From positions 124,001-188,000 of the forward strand of contig DATMBG010000012.1 in the NCBI GenBank assembly GCA_035559535.1: a stretch of 64,000 nucleotides of DNA, written 5' to 3'. The stretch is from Candidatus Limnocylindrales bacterium (lineage in GTDB: Bacteria; Moduliflexota; Moduliflexia; Moduliflexales; JAUQPW01). Under the pieces are notes generated by a model. That model was not told where the DNA came from, did no database searches, and worked only from the letters and a program-made list of their open reading frames with translations. Shown one piece after another: positions 59,930 through 64,000 of the stretch (position 1 is the first letter of the stretch; the number at the start of each line of letters is the position of its first letter). The translations under genes were made by a program, and so were the position numbers.

Positions 59930-60961
59930 TTAGTAACTGGAAATCTGAGCTCCTTTTATTTTTAAACTGGTAGTCTGATTTTCTTTTATAATCACCTCGG
60001 TAGATATCGGAAAACCCGGAAGGTTTTCAGGACTGGTTTCAATCTGAAGTCGATATCTACCTGGAGAGAGATTATGGAGTATAAGGGTTCCGGCACGAAT
60101 AGACTGCCGGGCTACTACTTCGTTTTGGGTATTATAGAGGGTATAAATATAGGAGGCAAAAGGGGAGTGGAATGCAATCTTCTTAGGACCTTCTCTTTGC
60201 ATCTTTCTAAGAGATCCTTTAGCCGTCAAATTAGCCACGCATTCCAGTTGTTTTCGAGTTTTATCGTCGGGTAAGGGGCCCACCACCCGAATTAAAGGTT
60301 TTTCAATCCCGCTGGCCATGACCTGAGAGATGACCTGGCAGAGATTTCCCGAACAGGTTTCTTTTCCATCTGTGATCAACAGGATGAGTTTACGCCCTTC
60401 CAATTTTTCCAGGTCTTCTTTGGCTTTCATAATTGAAAAAGCCACAGGGGCCATTCCGCCTCGGGTCTTGAGGGATCGAACCTTCTCCCGGAGGGTTGCC
60501 ATATCCGCTTTCCCCATGGGAATCAGGAGTTCTGTATCCTGACAGTTTTTGGCTTTCTGGGAAAATCGGGAACCATAAATACGTAATCCAAAGATTGGAT
60601 TTTGGAACCGCTTGTTTATTTCCTGGATGGCCCTCAAGGTTTCTTTCTTGGCTTCTTGAAACTGGGTTTTTCCCTTTTCATCTTTTGTCAGCATGCTTCC
60701 TGATGCCCCCACAATAACTTCAACGTTCACCTTGGGCGGAGAACCTGTCTTCTTTTCCAGGGTCTTAGGCCTTTTTATTCCCCTTAGCTCCTCCTCACTA
60801 GTCTGGAAGGAGAGGGATAATTTACCAGAAGGAGGTACCTTACTGAAGAGGGGAGGTTTACCAGTTGGAAAGGTTTGAGTACAGCCTATCAGGAGGAACA
60901 GGATAAAACTTGTCAGGCATACCGTGACTCTGAAAGAATCTGCCCATCTCCACCATTCCAT
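59930..60961 (-). CDS. VWA-domain lipoprotein
   Basis: Lipobox LIGC; VIVGASGSM, GLRIYG, LLITDGKETC. Confidence 0.8.
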   Translation of the reverse strand: MEWWRWADSFRVTVCLTSFILFLLIGCTQTFPTGKPPLFSKVPPSGKLSLSFQTSEEELRGIKRPKTLEKKTGSPPKVNVEVIVGASGSMLTKDEKGKTQFQEAKKETLRAIQEINKRFQNPIFGLRIYGSRFSQKAKNCQDTELLIPMGKADMATLREKVRSLKTRGGMAPVAFSIMKAKEDLEKLEGRKLILLITDGKETCSGNLCQVISQVMASGIEKPLIRVVGPLPDDKTRKQLECVANLTAKGSLRKMQREGPKKIAFHSPFASYIYTLYNTQNEVVARQSIRAGTLILHNLSPGRYRLQIETSPENLPGFPISTEVIIKENQTTSLKIKGAQISSY

Positions 60962-60978
60962 AGACTTTTCATTCTATA

Positions 60979-61986
60979 TTAGAGTCCGGCTAGATCGTTT
61001 CTAATGATTCTGGTCAGGTCTTCTACTTTAGTTTCCCAGGATTTCCCATCCATATCTTTATTTTTCGCACAAGGAAGGGCAGGTATTCGGCTGATAATCA
61101 ACAATGCTTTTTGCTCGTCTCCGCTCAACCTGGCCTTAAGTCCAGAGGTCCATAAACTTCGACATTTATCCAAAGTAGATGATCTGGATATTCCGACTTC
61201 TTCTACAGGATTTGCAGAGTTAAGGCCCAGGGACGATACCCTTGCACCGGCCTCAGATTTAGTCATTTTAATCGATTCCGCAGATTTATTTCCTTGGAGG
61301 GTTGGCTGGGTCTCAGGTCGTAGGGGTGAAGTCATTTCATTCTTGCTCTCTTTGCCAGGATATTCCGCAGGAGCTTGTTCTTCTGAAGCTGAAAATATCT
61401 CAGATTCCTTTTCCTTTGAAGTGAAGGATTGAAGTTGTTCTGGGGGAACCTGTACCAGTTTGCTATTTAAAGGATCATCCTTCAACGGCAGGATGGGGGG
61501 TGAGGACGGAGCTATTTTCAGTTTATCTTCTCCATTTTTGGGGGGAAATTGTTCCTTTAGATCAATAAAGCCTTTGGTTTCAGGGAGATTCTGGTTAAGA
61601 AATTCTACCCTTCCCTGAATCTGTTTAATCTGGTCTTTCAACTTGAGGGAGACGGCTCCGGTTATAAAATACAGAACAATAACCAATCCTATCATCAGGT
61701 TTTGCTTGGAGTGGAGAGACTTTTTAAGACCCTCGATTTGATCGGTTACCTTCTCCAACGGGTCCGGTTCAGAGGGAAACAAAAAATCCTCTTCTGTTTC
61801 CCCCTCGGAATTTGAAAAACCTCCGGCAGCTAATTCAGAGTGGAAAAGTTCTGACTTGATTTTCAGGGTATTCAATTTACTCTCAAACTTGTTGATCTGA
61901 CTTTTTAGCTGGGTAATTAATTGGTCTTTAGCCAGGATTTCGGCTTTGAGCCTTTCTATCTCGGTAGGAGGTCCATTTGATTTCAT
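60979..61986 (-). CDS. Coiled-coil, single-TM hypothetical protein
   Basis: N-terminal heptads, TM LMIGLVIVLYFITGAV, S/P/E-rich linker; GAGGAG RBS before ATG 61986. Confidence 0.7.
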   Translation of the reverse strand: MKSNGPPTEIERLKAEILAKDQLITQLKSQINKFESKLNTLKIKSELFHSELAAGGFSNSEGETEEDFLFPSEPDPLEKVTDQIEGLKKSLHSKQNLMIGLVIVLYFITGAVSLKLKDQIKQIQGRVEFLNQNLPETKGFIDLKEQFPPKNGEDKLKIAPSSPPILPLKDDPLNSKLVQVPPEQLQSFTSKEKESEIFSASEEQAPAEYPGKESKNEMTSPLRPETQPTLQGNKSAESIKMTKSEAGARVSSLGLNSANPVEEVGISRSSTLDKCRSLWTSGLKARLSGDEQKALLIISRIPALPCAKNKDMDGKSWETKVEDLTRIIRNDLAGL

Positions 61987-62161
61987 GGCTTCTTCTCCTC
62001 GTCTATTCTCTCTCACCTGCTTCCAGATAAGCAGTGTTCATGATTTTTCCTTATTTAGCTCTTTAAACTAATCGAGCGATAATGTCAACTTGAAATTTTC
62101 GAATAAATTAACAAAAAACCTCTTGAGGGAACTTTGAAAAAGGAATTTAGTCTAATTAGAC

Positions 62162-63031
62162 ATGAAAGGCTTAAAACCCCGTAAACTTTCTTCAGAAGCA
62201 CCTACAGATAAAATGTTAAAACGTTATCTTCAAGAAATTGGGAATATCCCTTTAACAACCCGAGAGGAGGAAAAAAAACTCGCCGAGGAAATCAAAAAAG
62301 GTAATCAGCAAGCCCTCAACCGTTTGGTTGAAGGTAATCTCCGATTCGTTGTCAAAGTAGCCCAGGACTATATGGGATATGGACTGTCTTTCGCAGACTT
62401 AATTACCGAGGGAAATTTAGGTTTAATTGAAGCAGCTAAACGTTTTGATCCTTCCCGAGGAGTTAAGTTTGTTTCCTATGGAGTTTGGTGGATTCGGCAG
62501 TCCATTTTGCGGGGCTTGTCTGAGCAAAGCCGGACGATCCGGTTACCTATCAAGCAGGGAGATCTCCTTGCTAAATTGAATCGGATTTATCATGAATATA
62601 TCCAGGAGAAAGGAGGTCAGGAACCTTCCCTAGAAGATCTGGCGGATCGGTTGGGAATGAAAGAAGAACAACTCCGACAAATCTTGGAAGTTGCCAGAGA
62701 ACCTTTATCCCTTGATGCTCCCATGATGGAGGATGATAATGCCACGCTCTTGAATATCATCAGCAGCAAGAATAACCTGGGACCTGAAGAAACTTTAGTC
62801 AATCTTACCTTAATTGAGGAGCTTGACAAACTCCTGAATGAGATGAATCCCCGGGAAGCCCTGATTCTAAGATTAAGATACGGAATCGGGGAAGAGGGTC
62901 CTATGACATTGGAACAGATAGGGAAAAGGTTAAATCTGAGTCGGGAACGAATCCGCCAGATAGAGCAGCAAGCCAAAGCAAAGCTAAAAAAACGTGCCTG
63001 CGCTAAGAGCCTGGGAGATTACTTAAACTAA
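62162..63031 (+). CDS. RNA polymerase sigma-70 family factor (RpoD/RpoS-like, no region 1.1)
   Basis: YLQEIG, NLRFVV, DLITEGNLGLIEAAKRFDP, YGVWWIRQSI, TLEQIG..SRERIRQIE. Confidence 0.95.
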   Translation: MKGLKPRKLSSEAPTDKMLKRYLQEIGNIPLTTREEEKKLAEEIKKGNQQALNRLVEGNLRFVVKVAQDYMGYGLSFADLITEGNLGLIEAAKRFDPSRGVKFVSYGVWWIRQSILRGLSEQSRTIRLPIKQGDLLAKLNRIYHEYIQEKGGQEPSLEDLADRLGMKEEQLRQILEVAREPLSLDAPMMEDDNATLLNIISSKNNLGPEETLVNLTLIEELDKLLNEMNPREALILRLRYGIGEEGPMTLEQIGKRLNLSRERIRQIEQQAKAKLKKRACAKSLGDYLN

Positions 63032-63073
63032 GATAAATAATAAATTTTCAGAAAAATTTATAAACTTCAAGAG

Positions 63074-63103
63074 TTGACAGTTGAGAAGTCTTGATAGTAT
63101 ATT
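63074..63103 (+). promoter_or_regulatory. Sigma70-type promoter
   Basis: TTGACA-N18-TATATT. Confidence 0.5.
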
Positions 63104-63109
63104 CTTCTT

Positions 63110-63242
63110 GAGAAGAGAAAGCTAAAAGTATGCCCTCCTGAAAAGGGGCTTACAGGGCTGACTGTCCTGTTCGCCAACGGGTTCCCCTAAGCTGACCAAG
63201 AGGGAAAGTCCAGCGGCAGGTACGGTTAGCCCTTTGATTTTT
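63110..63242 (+). ncRNA. Candidate small RNA or structured leader of queG
   Basis: Promoter just upstream; long G-U-containing hairpin 63155-63232 followed by a T-rich tract. Confidence 0.45.
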
Positions 63243-63330
63243 GCCGGTATCCCCCTGCCAAGGTTGATGAAACCATTCTTACCTGTTTCTGATTGCTTTG
63301 TCAAGTTTATTTTTTCGTCTCCATTCAAAT

Positions 63331-64000
63331 ATGTCCTTTACGGAGAAAATTAAGAGCTATGCAGAGTCTTTAGGTTTCGATCTTGTGGGAGTTTCTCCTG
63401 TAGAAGTTCCTTCCCCGGATCGCAAGAAATTTTTTTTACAATGGTTGGAGGAAGGATCTGCAGGAGAAATGGGCTATTTAAAAAAAAATGCAGAGAAACG
63501 TATAGATCCGAGATTAGTTTTACCTCGCGCTCAGTCGATTATCTCCGTAGGCATGAACTATTTTACCGATATTCCCCTCCGGGCCACCTTTTTGGAGAAA
63601 GGAAAGGGATGGATCTCTCGTTATGCCTGGGGAGAGGATTATCATGACCATCTCAAGGAGAAATTGCTGAAGTTATTGGCTTTTATTAAAGCTGAGTCCC
63701 GAAAGCCGGTAGAGGGAAAAGTCTATGTAGATACAGGCCCTGTTTTAGAACGTGAGGTAGGAAGTCAGGCAGGCCTGGGGTGGCAGGGTAAGAATACCAA
63801 CCTGATCTCTCGAAAAATAGGTTCCTGGTTTTTTCTGGGTGAAATTCTCCTGGATGTGGAGCTTACTTACGATGAACCCATCCCAGATTTTTGTGGAACC
63901 TGTAACCGGTGCATCGAAGCCTGTCCCACAGGCGCCATTACCAAACCCTACGTTTTGGATCCTCGTCGTTGCATTTCTTATCTGACCATTGAAGTTAAAG
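63331..64000 (+). CDS. queG: tRNA epoxyqueuosine reductase (partial, runs off window)
   Basis: Manual translation MSFTEKIKSYAESLGFDLVG..GEMGYL..ISRYAWGEDYH..VDTGPVLER..GSWFFLG..CGTCNRCIEACPTGA..CISYLTIE. Confidence 0.95.
   Translation, partial: MSFTEKIKSYAESLGFDLVGVSPVEVPSPDRKKFFLQWLEEGSAGEMGYLKKNAEKRIDPRLVLPRAQSIISVGMNYFTDIPLRATFLEKGKGWISRYAWGEDYHDHLKEKLLKLLAFIKAESRKPVEGKVYVDTGPVLEREVGSQAGLGWQGKNTNLISRKIGSWFFLGEILLDVELTYDEPIPDFCGTCNRCIEACPTGAITKPYVLDPRRCISYLTIEVK

Noticed and set aside
63189-63215. AAGCTGACCA..GGGAAAGTCC resembles the RNase P RNA 5' motif
   Set aside because: No downstream ACAGAA-CCGGCTTA motif, and the space before queG is too short

Overview
Ordinary chromosomal 64 kb segment from a moderate-GC bacterium; the taxon cannot be determined from the sequence. 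It carries about 50 CDSs, mostly metabolic, transport and envelope genes: a NitT/TauT ABC transporter, an AmgK-like kinase fused to a RapZ C-terminal domain, tctCBA, two F420-dependent oxidoreductases, tdh-kbl, a PAS hybrid kinase with a MetOD1-like partner, an M16 peptidase pair, pcm, tex, a sigma-70 factor and partial queG. I see no rRNA, tRNA, CRISPR array, transposase or prophage. Main points of interest: (1) a two-gene operon coupling a tandem Hfq/Sm-like protein to a solitary PglX-like adenine methyltransferase, whose 3' end runs into a truncated EamA gene; (2) several families of miniature non-autonomous elements with terminal inverted repeats and 9-10 bp target duplications, some nested, including cassettes with IS231-like ends and different cargo; (3) related palindromes inserted in frame inside several proteins; (4) a sigma54-type promoter ahead of a 53-aa ORF and an M16 heterodimer; (5) two or three candidate structured ncRNAs. 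All functional calls come from motif recognition by eye; no searches were run.
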